A stretch of 32,000 nucleotides of DNA from Wolbachia endosymbiont of Dirofilaria (Dirofilaria) immitis (GTDB taxonomy: Bacteria; Pseudomonadota; Alphaproteobacteria; Rickettsiales; Anaplasmataceae): NCBI RefSeq assembly GCF_013365455.1, contig NZ_CP046578.1, forward strand, positions 120,001 to 152,000, in the 5' to 3' direction. The notes beneath the pieces were generated by a model. The model ran no database searches. It saw only the letters and a program-made list of their open reading frames with translations, and was not told the DNA's origin. Positions 1 through 11,287 of this stretch are shown piece after piece (the stretch's first letter is position 1; each line of letters begins with the position of its first letter). Both the position numbers and the translations under genes were made by a program.

Positions 1-243
1 TTTAAGTTTCATTAATTCATGATCTCTCTATATTATAATGTAGTCAAGGAAAATAAAACACTGGATGCTTTTTTATAATTTTGCAGTTTATCTTTAATAA
101 GATGTTGGGCTTTCGATAAAAGAATCTAGTGAAGCTGTAGTGTGCGCAATTTTTTGTTGTACTTTGAGTAAATATACTTTTAACTTTATTGTTAATTTAT
201 TACTACGATGTTAAACAGATATTTTCTAAAAAAATGAACAAAT

Positions 244-1671
244 ATGAAATCTTATAAGCTCTTAGAGGAAGTATTGTGTAGGGTAGGAAGTATTGAAAAT
301 ACACTAAAAGTGTTAAGCCAAAGTCAGTTGAATATAGAAGATAAAATTGAGCAAATTGGTCTCCTAGAAGAAATTAGACATGAAATTATTTCTCACAGTA
401 TAATAAGGGAATTATTAATAGAAGCAGGTGCTTTTAATAGTGAAAGGAGTGCTAACAATTGGCAACTGAAGTTAATAGAAAGGATGCATAAAGGTAGTAG
501 TGCTATCTCCATTGATTTAGTGAGATCCTTATCGAAAGCTAAAGTTGAGTGCCAGAATTTATGTAAGTTATCTAAGTCTGAGGCTAGTAATTTGGGGAAA
601 TTGAAAAGACGCTTTGCTGATTTAATTAAGCTAATTCGTGAAGTAGCTTCTATAAAATCGCAGCAGTTGAAATGTTTGAAGTATGATTCATTACTTGCTG
701 ACTATGATTTTGATATTACAGAAAAGAATATAAGGGAAACATTTCCTAGGATAGGCAAGTTTTTTAGTAGAAATGTAGATAAAGTAATTGAAAAGCAGAA
801 GAAAGGTAAAGTTATTAATATACAGAAAGTTACTGCTCGGAAGCAAATTGAACTTGGCTCACTATGTTTACAGCAAATAGGTGGTACATCATACCATCCT
901 TCTTATTATGACCCTATAGATTATAACGAATCTGACTTTTGTTACGGTTTGTTCTTACTTTTACGGCGTAGTGGTTATGAGATTTATCAAAAGCATTTAG
1001 CACAAAATTCTATAAATAATTTTATTGCAAAACATATTATGTATGAAACTCAAGGGTTATTCATGGAAAAAATGATTGGAACATCTAGAGAATTTATTGA
1101 GTTTATTCAACCGTACATAAAAGAGAAATTTGCTGTGAGAGATAAAATTAGTGCAAAAGCTAGCAGCATTGAGAATTTATACTTGATTTTTAATAAAGTA
1201 AATCTTTCTTCTCCTTTGAAAAATGCAGATGAATTTACTCTGCTAGCTCACATTATGCTAAGAACTAGATTGGAACAGAATATGATAAATGGTACTTTAG
1301 AGGTAGAAGATTTGCACGATGCATGGTTGGAAGGTATGAAGCACTATAAAATTCCGGTAAAAGCTAAAAATGAGCTAGATACTTGTTTTCAAGATGAATA
1401 TTGGGCAAGAGGAATTATAGGGTATTTTCCTATTAAAGTGATGGCTTTAATTACTGCTGTACAGATTTTTTCTTTTATTAAAAGGAATCATTATGAGATT
1501 CTGGGTGCTATAATAAAGGGAGATTTTAGTTTACTTATTAAGTGGTTGTCTAAAAATATGTGCAGTACAAAGTATGGTTCTTTAGGTCTGCTAAAAAGAG
1601 TAACGGGCAAGGGATTAGATGTTGAGTGCTGTACTAGCTACTTATCTGAAAAGTATGATTTACCTCAATAA
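244..1671 (+). CDS. M32 (carboxypeptidase Taq) family-like protein, probable catalytically inactive homolog
   Basis: 475-aa ORF. The C-terminal half follows the M32 pattern (ETQGLFMEKMIGTSREFIEFIQPYIKEKF; RTRLEQNMINGTLEVEDLHDAWLEGMKHY; QDEYWARGIIGYFPIKVMALITAVQIF; YGSLGLLKRVTGKGLDVECCTSYLSEKY). The HEXXH position reads RRSGY. Confidence 0.8.
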   Translation: MKSYKLLEEVLCRVGSIENTLKVLSQSQLNIEDKIEQIGLLEEIRHEIISHSIIRELLIEAGAFNSERSANNWQLKLIERMHKGSSAISIDLVRSLSKAKVECQNLCKLSKSEASNLGKLKRRFADLIKLIREVASIKSQQLKCLKYDSLLADYDFDITEKNIRETFPRIGKFFSRNVDKVIEKQKKGKVINIQKVTARKQIELGSLCLQQIGGTSYHPSYYDPIDYNESDFCYGLFLLLRRSGYEIYQKHLAQNSINNFIAKHIMYETQGLFMEKMIGTSREFIEFIQPYIKEKFAVRDKISAKASSIENLYLIFNKVNLSSPLKNADEFTLLAHIMLRTRLEQNMINGTLEVEDLHDAWLEGMKHYKIPVKAKNELDTCFQDEYWARGIIGYFPIKVMALITAVQIFSFIKRNHYEILGAIIKGDFSLLIKWLSKNMCSTKYGSLGLLKRVTGKGLDVECCTSYLSEKYDLPQ

Positions 1672-2769
<1,098 letters not shown>

Positions 2770-3011
2770 TTATGATTCTGTTGTTGAGATTTTTTGATTT
2801 TATGGTCGTCAGAAAATATTTTTTGTTGTAAAGCTGTATAGATAGCACTAATTCTTTTAATTTTCATATTATTGTGTACTATATGTCTGTAGCTAAAATA
2901 GTCTAGGTTTATTTACAATTTGATAAGCATGAAATTTGTTGTTTACTTGTTAGTAGAACCTATGAAAAACTAGGCGATATAGAGAAATCTGACTTACATT
3001 GTCTATATTTA

Positions 3012-4136
3012 ATGAGTTTAGGTAACTATGTGTTAAAGAAATTTAGAATTGAACCTTTGTTAAAGGATAAAACTCCATGCCAAACTAAGGCTGTGATTGC
3101 AATGTCTGGTGGAGTTGACAGTTCTGTTGTTGCAGTATTACTACACTATCTTGGATACCAAGTGATAGGTGTTACTCTTCGTTTATATAGTGGTGATGGT
3201 AATGCAAGAAAAGGCATATGTTGTGCTGGACAAGATATCTATGATGCAAAGCGCGTAGCTGAAAGCATTGGCTTTCCTCATTATATCTTAAATTATGAAG
3301 AAACATTTAAGGAAGAAGTAATAGAAGATTTTGCGAATACCTATATGCGTGGAGAAACTCCTATACCATGTATAAAATGTAATCAAACAGTGAAATTTCG
3401 TGATCTGTTGCAAGTTACAAAAAATCTTGGTACGGATATATTAGTTACAGGACATTACGTGAGAAGAGTGGAAAAAGATGGTAGAGTAATGTTATGTAAA
3501 AGCATTGATAAAAGTAAGGATCAAAGTTATTTTCTGTTTGCTACGACGGAAGAACAACTAAAGCTGTTGAGATTTCCGCTTGGTGGATTCTATAAATATG
3601 ATGTAAGAAAATTAGCAAAATATTTTGGTTTACGAATTTCTGGAAAACCGGACAGTCAAGATATATGTTTTGTTTCTGAAAGCTATAGCAAAACAATAGC
3701 TAAGCTGATTCCACAATCCATGCAGAAAGGTAAAATTATAGATGTAAATGGTAAAGTACTAGGTGAGCATAATGGTATAGTAAATTTCACAGTTGGTCAA
3801 AGAAAAGGTTTAGGTGTTTCATACGATAAACCTCTTTATGTGGTCAAAATTAATACAGGAAAAAATGAAGTTATAGTGGGTCCAGCTGATGCACTAATGC
3901 AAAGAAAAGTGTTGGTTAAAGGATTAAATTGGCTAGAGCAACCAAGGAAAGGTATGGAAGTAACTGTGAAGCTTAGGTCGTCGCATGTGGGAAGTTTAGC
4001 AACAATATATCCAACTGAAGAACAAAATGAAGCCTGTGTCATTTTGAATGATGATTACTTTGGTATTAGTCCTGGTCAGGCTTGTGTAGTATACAAGGAT
4101 GAGCAAGTTATCGGTGGTGGATGGATATGCTCTTAA
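3012..4136 (+). CDS. mnmA: tRNA-specific 2-thiouridylase MnmA (TrmU)
   Basis: 374 aa with the PP-loop AMSGGVDSSVVA, GETPIPCIKCNQTVKF, GHYVRR and GKPDSQDICFV. Confidence 0.96.
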   Translation: MSLGNYVLKKFRIEPLLKDKTPCQTKAVIAMSGGVDSSVVAVLLHYLGYQVIGVTLRLYSGDGNARKGICCAGQDIYDAKRVAESIGFPHYILNYEETFKEEVIEDFANTYMRGETPIPCIKCNQTVKFRDLLQVTKNLGTDILVTGHYVRRVEKDGRVMLCKSIDKSKDQSYFLFATTEEQLKLLRFPLGGFYKYDVRKLAKYFGLRISGKPDSQDICFVSESYSKTIAKLIPQSMQKGKIIDVNGKVLGEHNGIVNFTVGQRKGLGVSYDKPLYVVKINTGKNEVIVGPADALMQRKVLVKGLNWLEQPRKGMEVTVKLRSSHVGSLATIYPTEEQNEACVILNDDYFGISPGQACVVYKDEQVIGGGWICS

Positions 4137-4758
4137 AAGATTCTATAGTGCTGGTGATTATTCACTGGTCAGTAAAATCAGGGAAAATTCCTTTTTACTA
4201 TAGCCCTATTTATAACAAAGTATGTAAAATTTTTAGCTAATATTATAAACAGATTTTATTTCTTTAGTAGTTTTTTATTCCTATTGATTCAATAAATAGA
4301 GGCCCTTTTAGTAACCTATTTCCTGAGGTATATTTTAAATCTTTACTTTTTAGTTGATAGCAACTTAGATGATGTATCTCTATACATCTAAAGTCTACTA
4401 TGTCTTTTTCTACCTTTTACTTTTCTCTCTCATCATAGCCTTTAGTTTCCCTTTTTTCTGCAATTTTGATAGAAAGTTCCCTGCTTCTTTCAACTTTTTG
4501 AATTGTTCATTTACTGCTTTTTAGACGGAGAATTGTGTAATAAATGCCTTCATAGTATTCTGTATATAATATGTATTTAATTTTAATTTGATATTTTTCT
4601 ATTCTGATCCTTTCTTTTCACAAACCTATTAGGTATTCCTTCTTCATTTCTTACTTACTATTCTATTGCTGTATGCTTGCTTGCTCCCTTGACTTGTGAC
4701 TAGTTTTTAACAAATAAAGAATTAAGTATACCACCGTAAAGCATAGGAGTTAGGTTCA

Positions 4759-5136
4759 TTACAGGTGTTGCTTTTGTATTAAAAAACATCCTATTAATAG
4801 GATTATGAATGGAGTAAACCATAAAATATAGGTGCTAGGTTTTATGGGTGGAATAGTTATAATTGAGTCTCCGTAAGAATTTTTCAGCTCTAAAATTATT
4901 TGCTTGTCGGTATACCCATTGCTGATTTTTTTACGAATTGCTTTGCGCATATCATATGCAATTTGAGATTCAGATTCAGATAATGATTCGCCAGAACATA
5001 TTGGACACTTTATTATTTTAAACAAATTAGTTGCCCGTTTTTCCATAATTTTATCTTTAAGCTTGTCATCTAAAGTAAAAGCATTAATATTTAAGCAGAA
5101 TGTAAATGTAAAAAGTAAGTTAAATGCCGTTCTCAT
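4759..5136 (-). CDS. ccmH: Cytochrome c-type biogenesis protein CcmH
   Basis: 125 aa: N-terminal signal sequence, CPICSGESLSESESQIAYDMRKAIRKKISNGYTDKQI motif, C-terminal TM segment. Confidence 0.88.
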   Translation of the reverse strand: MRTAFNLLFTFTFCLNINAFTLDDKLKDKIMEKRATNLFKIIKCPICSGESLSESESQIAYDMRKAIRKKISNGYTDKQIILELKNSYGDSIITIPPIKPSTYILWFTPFIILLIGCFLIQKQHL

Positions 5137-6169
5137 TCTTGACTAGCTCAGTGATTTTATCTAATTGGTTCATGAAATCAGTGATGGGTAACTTTCCAAT
5201 AAAACTTAATCCTGCATCGGTATCGTACTTTATTGAAAAATTAACATTGTCATCAGTTGTTTCTTCTGATAAAGAAGATATTAATTTTTTAAACCAATCT
5301 GAAATTTGTGGGTTGCTAGTCATAAATGAGATCAATTCTTTGTAGTTTAATATGGCCACGTTGATTTTGTCTTTAAACGAAGATGTGACTAGGTTGTAAT
5401 TATTTACTCCACCATTTGCAGCGAGAGAAAAATTATTACTCTGAATTAAAAATTTTTCTATGTTGAAATTAATTCTGGCAGCTGAGATATGATTTACAAA
5501 TTCATAATTAAATTTAGTGTCGATACTAAGGTAACTTTCAGGGTTTGTAGTATTTTTATACCGATAAGTATAAAAATCAAATCCTAGCTTATTATTTCCA
5601 CTTAGTTCTTTATTGAGATAAAATTGAATGTAGTTACTTTTACCATTCACCTCAGTTATAATACTTTGATGATTTTCTAAGTCAGTTGAAACATCACATT
5701 TTGATCCATAATCTTCATAACGAAACGTATCTATATAGTCTATTACATTACTATTTTTATTAAATAGCAAAGAAAATGGTAAATCTTTTAACTTAGTAAT
5801 AAAATGGTTATTATTATTTGTATGACATCTTATACTTTCTTTCTTATTGTTAGAAATAGCAATGCTGACTTCATTGCTTGGTATATAAATATACACTGAT
5901 CTATCAAATAATCTATTTTTTATTAATAAAGCATTAGACGATATGGTTAATTGTTCATTAGAGAATTTTGGGTTTGTTACGTGGAAGGTTAGATTAAAAG
6001 GGAATCCGCTAAAGTCATGTGAAACATCAAATTTTTTGTTGTTAATATATAGTATTATTTCAGCTAGCAGATTTTTTGCATTGCATGCGTAAAAATACCA
6101 AAAGCTACTGTATACTGTAGGAATAAACAGGAGCAAGAAGATAATGGTGTAGATAAAAATCTTATGCAT
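5120..6169 (-). CDS. DUF2125-like envelope/membrane-anchored protein
   Basis: 349 aa. N-terminal TM followed by FDVSHDFSGFPFNLTFHVTNPKFS, which resembles the SGFPF...P signature of alphaproteobacterial DUF2125 proteins. Overlaps ccmH by 17 bp. Confidence 0.65.
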   Translation of the reverse strand: MHKIFIYTIIFLLLFIPTVYSSFWYFYACNAKNLLAEIILYINNKKFDVSHDFSGFPFNLTFHVTNPKFSNEQLTISSNALLIKNRLFDRSVYIYIPSNEVSIAISNNKKESIRCHTNNNNHFITKLKDLPFSLLFNKNSNVIDYIDTFRYEDYGSKCDVSTDLENHQSIITEVNGKSNYIQFYLNKELSGNNKLGFDFYTYRYKNTTNPESYLSIDTKFNYEFVNHISAARINFNIEKFLIQSNNFSLAANGGVNNYNLVTSSFKDKINVAILNYKELISFMTSNPQISDWFKKLISSLSEETTDDNVNFSIKYDTDAGLSFIGKLPITDFMNQLDKITELVKNENGI

Positions 6170-6179
6170 AGTTAATTAT

Positions 6180-6527
6180 TTATTTGTTTAGTGATATATT
6201 TCTTGTACTCCTTGGTATGGTTACATACAAGCCATCAATGTCTTTTGTAACTTTTATTTGGCATCCAAGCCTAGACGTCTCAGTTAAGCCGAAAACTAGG
6301 TCTAACATATCATTTTCCTCATCAGATATGGGATTATGTATTTCTACAGCATCATAAAATTTCGGGTCAACAATTACATGGCATGTAGAACATGCAAGAG
6401 AACCTTCACACGCGCCTTCAAGTAAATCTGGATCGATTCTGTGAGCTAAGTTGAGCAAGGTTTCCCCCTCTGTGGCTTCATAATTTTTCTTACTTCCATC
6501 AGGTAAGATAAAAGTAACGGATGGCAT
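6180..6527 (-). CDS. fdx: 2Fe-2S ferredoxin (adrenodoxin/ISC type)
   Basis: 115 aa with CEGSLACSTCHVIV and RLGCQIKV cysteine ligands, and the MPSVTFILPDGSKK N-terminus. Confidence 0.93.
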   Translation of the reverse strand: MPSVTFILPDGSKKNYEATEGETLLNLAHRIDPDLLEGACEGSLACSTCHVIVDPKFYDAVEIHNPISDEENDMLDLVFGLTETSRLGCQIKVTKDIDGLYVTIPRSTRNISLNK

Positions 6528-6650
6528 ATCACTTTCTCCTATTAAAATCTTTATCGGTTTTTCTATATTCTACAGATGATAGTCAGTATTTGCAAACTCT
6601 TTGCGTTCAACCTATTAATAACTTATATAATGTCTTTTTAACCAAAGTAA

Positions 6651-7994
6651 GTGATACAACTGAACAAGTATAAAAATCAGGGCGTTGTGGTTTTCGGCCT
6701 TGGTAAGACTGGTTTATCTGTGATTAACGCTCTAGTAAATTATGGCATAAGAATATATGCGTGGGATGATAATAAGGAGCAGATAGCAAATGCAAGGGCA
6801 ATGTATAAAGAATGTAGTTTTATTTGTCCTGAAGAGTATAATTGGCATGAGATAGAAATGTTGATATTGAGCCCTGGAATACCTATTTTGTGTCCAACAC
6901 CACATTGGGTGGTAAGGCTTGCAAGAAACTTTAACTGTAAAATAAAATCGGATATCGAGTTATTTTTTGAAGATAAAATTACAGACCAGAAAGTAGTAGG
7001 GGTTACAGGAACAAATGGTAAATCAACGACTACATCCCTAATAGGGCACATATTAAAGTCTGCAGGAAAGAAAGTTGCTATTGGTGGAAATTTAGGTGCT
7101 CCCGTTTTGGACTTGAACAGGAATGCGGAATTTTTTATAATTGAGTTTTCCTCTTTTCAATTGGAGCTAATCAATGAAGTAAATTTAGATATTGCAGTGT
7201 TACTTAATATTACGCCAGACCACATAGATAGGCATGGAAGCATGGAGAATTATATAGCGATTAAATCAAAGCTGATAAGCAACAGTAGGATTGCTGTTAT
7301 AGGGTGTGACAATGAAATTACTGCTGGTATATTTAATAAATTCACTGGGAATAAAGTTCCTATCTCAACTTCGATGTTACTTCAATACCTAGACACTAGG
7401 ATACAACTAGGATTAGAAGATTATGCAGGTGATATGGAGATAAACTTAATATCTAATGCGGAAAACATAGCAGCTGCGTGTACCGTGTGTGAGCTGCTTA
7501 GAGTGGATAGTAACATTATTATCGATGGAATCAAATCCTTTTCAGGATTAAGACATAGAAATGAAATACTTGGTAAGATAGAAAATGTCCTTTTTGTAAA
7601 TGATAGTAAAGCAACTAATGCTGAATCTAGCGAAAAGGCGATTTTGTCTTATAAAAACATATATTGGATCGTTGGTGGAAAGAGTAAAGAAGGTGGTATA
7701 GAACCACTAAGGAAGCATTTTGCAAACATTAAAAAAGCTTTTCTCATTGGGGAATCAACTGAAGCTTTTGCAAATGTTATGGGAAATGAAGTGAATTTTG
7801 TAAAATGTTACAATCTAGTAGACGCATTTAAACTAGCTTTAGAAGAGGCTATGAACAGTAAAGAAGAAGTAACTATATTATTTTCTCCTGCGTGTGCTTC
7901 TTTTGACCAATGGAAAAATTTTGAAGAACGTGGTGAAGCATTTTGCAGGATGTTTGAAAGTTTTAAGCGCAATTACATATGCAGTTTAGTATAA
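6651..7994 (+). CDS. murD: UDP-N-acetylmuramoylalanine--D-glutamate ligase MurD
   Basis: 447 aa with VVVFGLGKTGLSV, VVGVTGTNGKSTTTSLIGHIL, NLDIAVLLNITPDHIDRHGSMENY, HRNE and NDSKATNAESS. Confidence 0.95.
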   Translation: MIQLNKYKNQGVVVFGLGKTGLSVINALVNYGIRIYAWDDNKEQIANARAMYKECSFICPEEYNWHEIEMLILSPGIPILCPTPHWVVRLARNFNCKIKSDIELFFEDKITDQKVVGVTGTNGKSTTTSLIGHILKSAGKKVAIGGNLGAPVLDLNRNAEFFIIEFSSFQLELINEVNLDIAVLLNITPDHIDRHGSMENYIAIKSKLISNSRIAVIGCDNEITAGIFNKFTGNKVPISTSMLLQYLDTRIQLGLEDYAGDMEINLISNAENIAAACTVCELLRVDSNIIIDGIKSFSGLRHRNEILGKIENVLFVNDSKATNAESSEKAILSYKNIYWIVGGKSKEGGIEPLRKHFANIKKAFLIGESTEAFANVMGNEVNFVKCYNLVDAFKLALEEAMNSKEEVTILFSPACASFDQWKNFEERGEAFCRMFESFKRNYICSLV

Positions 7995-8836
7995 TTGTTG
8001 CATGGAACAAGATGAAATAGAGTTAATCTAGTTGTGGTTATTTCATTTAAATGGAAAATTGATGAAACCTTTGTTAAAGGGTATGCATAGACCTTAGTCT
8101 AGCTAATCGCTTTTGCGAATTTCAAAAACAGAGTGTATAGCTCTTTAGAGTATGTAGTAGGAAGTTTAAATGGTTCAATGAAAACTGGACTAAAAAATTT
8201 TAGTAAGAGATATGGAAAGATGGCTAATAAAGTTAGCTTTTATAGTATGCCTTTTAAACTATGTTAAGCCAAATTACAAAGGGCCTTTAAAAAATGTTTT
8301 ATTGTTTTCTATATGTTAAAAAGTAAATAATCATTTGGTAAGCTTCTTTATAGAACTGTTAGTGTAATTTAGCATGGTATTTACGATCAGTCACAGGTTT
8401 CAGCTACTATGCAAAAGGTGACATTATCTGGAGTACCTAGGTAGGATAAATTCTTTTTTTCAATGGCTATTCGGAAGATTTTGTAGGTATTTTATCATTT
8501 TTCGGTGGATGTGTTAACGAAGTTATAATGTTTCAAGAGTTTGAAGCTCTTTTACAAGAAATTATAGGAAATTTCTTGTAAATTTTTCATTATACTAGTT
8601 ACTCTATACCTACATCACGAAGACTTCCCTTGATTTTTTAAGCTCTTGTGTTAAAAGAATTAAATATTCATTAACAATAAAATGAAAGTTATTTGTTATA
8701 GTATAGCAATGGTAATATTGAGTTAGAAGTAAATGCAAAACATGTAATAAACTTTTTTTGTAATGCTTAGATGTATTAAAGTTAATGTACCTTAATAAAG
8801 ATGCATACAAAAAGTAGAATAATATATTTAGTATAG

Positions 8837-9503
8837 TTAAGTATTATTTTGATTATCCTATTTTCTAGAATAGTTAATCTAGAATTCTTCTCGGAAGAAT
8901 TGAACAGTAAAAAAAGAAAATTTACTAAAAGGGTAATATCACTGTGTTTATGTTCTACTATATTGTCCATTGTTCTATTGTGTTATTGTATTTGGCCTAC
9001 CAGAATCAAAAATCGAAAAAAGTGATCGTGAGATCAGATTTTATGTCGATGTTGCTGTTAATTTTAGCTACAGTATGCTTTGGTGTGCTTATGATATTTT
9101 TTAACTTTATTAAGAAAAAGTTTTTTATGTATAAAATCAAAAGCTTCTTGGAGAATGAGGTTAATTCTGAATGGGCAAAGTACTATGGGAAAGAACTTGT
9201 AGGTGAGTGTATAGACCAAGGTTGGAAAAAAATATAGAAGATATTGCAGAGTTTCTTTTAGAAAGGAAGAAGATTATAGCACTATATAGATTTCTAACAA
9301 ATGGTGAGAAATTAGTTCAAGCTAGAATGGTAATGGTAAATGTGTTGCTTATGAATGTTGTATATCCAAACAATATAATTTTAGATACTAACTCCCTTGG
9401 AGGAGGAGTTTTAGCAGAAGTTTTAAAGAAATTTGAAGATCAGGGGATTTGTTTAGCGTTAATTCATAACAATTATTACGGTTTGCTTAAGAATTGTAAC
9501 TAA
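8837..9503 (+). pseudogene. Possible frame-disrupted small membrane protein gene (three overlapping partial frames)
   Basis: Frame containing TTG 8900, open to TGA 9023-9025; frame of ORF 8944..9237; frame of ORF 9207..9503. They join end to end, and the second junction lies at an A7 run (9226-9232). Each successive frame differs by -1. Confidence 0.45.
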
Positions 9504-9995
9504 TAATTATTCTTAGTGGAGTGGGAGATTTTTTTTTCATTAAGATGGTTTTCTGCAAAGTTTTTAAGTTTTTGGGTTAGATATTGTGAACTGCAATTTA
9601 ATCTGCTAAAAACTATGGAAAATATAAAATGTCCTGTCTTAATTGCTGGTGAGAAGGTGACAATATAATTTTATGAAAAACTCAACTTATTGGTAAGCTT
9701 AACGATTAGTTTACTTAAGAAAGGTTTAGAGAAAGTGTGCTGCTTAAACATGGTTTTAAAATACCTTATAAGAATGAAGATAAGTATTCATGTTAATTAT
9801 AAAGAACATTTAGTTTGTTGTGAGAGTGAATAAAATATAAAGAAAAAGAGAATAAATTTATTAGTGATGCATATGAATATTTACTAAACCTTAGATTTAT
9901 AGAAAGTTTAAACAGAATGCTTATAAAGCGAGCAAATTCTCGCAAAACTTAATAAAAATGGAACTGGAACCTATCAATAGAGAATATATATAAGT

Positions 9996-10544
9996 TTAAG
10001 TTGATAAAGAAAGAAAAATTATTTTAGCTATTCCATAAGTACGTTCTAAGATTATATTAAAATTTGTACTACATTTAAAATCTTCGTTTTTCCTGATTTC
10101 TAGAATTATCAATGTATCATCACCTATCCAATCTGAGTTGATTAACCCATCTAAAGTTGAGTGAACTAGATTACTATTGTAAGGTGGGCCTATAAAAACT
10201 ATGTCGCATTGTGAAATAGTTTTCGGTAACCGGTTAGCACTGCAACAAATTAGTGTAATATTATCTGTAGTACCAAAGTCTTTAGCTGTTTTTTTGGGTA
10301 ATTGCAAATTATAATAGTCTGAATCTACCATAAATGCATGCTTGGCGCCTCGAGAAAGTGCTTCAAATGAAAAAGCACCGCTTCCGCAGAATAAGTCAAG
10401 CACATTTAAATTATAAATAGGCTTTTTTGAAGAAAGTATGTTAAATATTGCTTCTCGAACAACGCTCATAGTTGGTCGTACGGCTAAATACTTGCCTGTA
10501 GCTATTTTTCTTCCACGATACTTTCCTGCAATAACACGCAGCAT
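9996..10544 (-). CDS. rsmD: 16S rRNA (guanine(966)-N(2))-methyltransferase RsmD
   Basis: 182 aa with MLRVIAGKYRGRKIATG, RPTMSVVREAIFNIL, VLDLFCGSGAFSFEALSRGA and DIVFIGPPYN. Confidence 0.94.
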   Translation of the reverse strand: MLRVIAGKYRGRKIATGKYLAVRPTMSVVREAIFNILSSKKPIYNLNVLDLFCGSGAFSFEALSRGAKHAFMVDSDYYNLQLPKKTAKDFGTTDNITLICCSANRLPKTISQCDIVFIGPPYNSNLVHSTLDGLINSDWIGDDTLIILEIRKNEDFKCSTNFNIILERTYGIAKIIFLSLST

Positions 10545-10648
10545 ACTAAAAGAGCTTTAAAATGACTAATTATTTAACAATGCATAATTAATGTCAATAT
10601 GGCTTTGATAATTTGACTAGAGAAGAAAGTTATAGGTATAAGATCAAT

Positions 10649-11287
10649 TTAATTACTTTTCTTTGGTTTATTTGGTATATCTATTACTGTATAGCTGGTC
10701 TCATCTTGTAAGCTATTGTAGTCGTTTGTTTCATCATGAGTTAGTCCTTTGATTCTGCTTTCTAACTCTAGCTTAATTAAAGTATTGATTTTATCTACGT
10801 TATCGAGAAAGCTTTTACATTCTTCATCACTATACTCTTTACCAGACGCTTTTTTTTCAATAAAGAGTTTCTTAAGCTCTGCTAGATTAGGATTATAGTT
10901 AGGATTTAGCACAACATTTCTTTCTATGAAACTAAGATCTGATAGTAATAAACTGACTTCGAGTAAATCTTTGCTTTTAATGTTTGTAAGGTCATTAAGA
11001 TTGTCCAAAATATTAAACACTTTAAGCTCTTCTTGTGCGACTTTTTGATCTTCGCTATCAAATTCAGACAGTAACTCTCTATTATTTATAAGTTTCTTGC
11101 TAAGAGCTTTATTGATCTTTGAAAGATTAATATCATTCTGCTTGATATTGTTATCTAGTAATAAGTCTACTCTTGCCTTGCGGGCATTTAAAATGTCATT
11201 GTAATCATTTAATTTTATGTTACCATTTTTATCTTGGTGTAATTTATAATAATTAAAGCCTTTGAAATTTTTTTTACTAATCTTCAT
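10649..11287 (-). CDS. Uncharacterised 212-aa soluble, charged protein at the distal end of the virB6 gene array
   Basis: Intact ORF overlapping the 3' end of the upstream virB6-4 gene by 11 bp; no signal peptide or TM segment visible. Position resembles the small hypothetical gene distal to virB6-4 in Wolbachia-type loci. Confidence 0.75.
   Translation of the reverse strand: MKISKKNFKGFNYYKLHQDKNGNIKLNDYNDILNARKARVDLLLDNNIKQNDINLSKINKALSKKLINNRELLSEFDSEDQKVAQEELKVFNILDNLNDLTNIKSKDLLEVSLLLSDLSFIERNVVLNPNYNPNLAELKKLFIEKKASGKEYSDEECKSFLDNVDKINTLIKLELESRIKGLTHDETNDYNSLQDETSYTVIDIPNKPKKSN

Noticed and set aside
3836-4042. Minus-strand ORF inside mnmA
   Set aside because: Antisense shadow ORF with no recognisable features.
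4137-4758. 622-bp spacer between convergent mnmA and ccmH, checked for tRNA or gene remnant
   Set aside because: No cloverleaf/TpsiC-like signature and no convincing frame; probably an ordinary long spacer.
6740-7051. 103-aa minus-strand ORF inside murD
   Set aside because: Antisense to conserved murD residues; spurious.
8610-8970. Minus-strand ORFs 8610..8810 and 8782..8970
   Set aside because: Short, low-complexity, AT-driven; no start/RBS context or recognisable domain.
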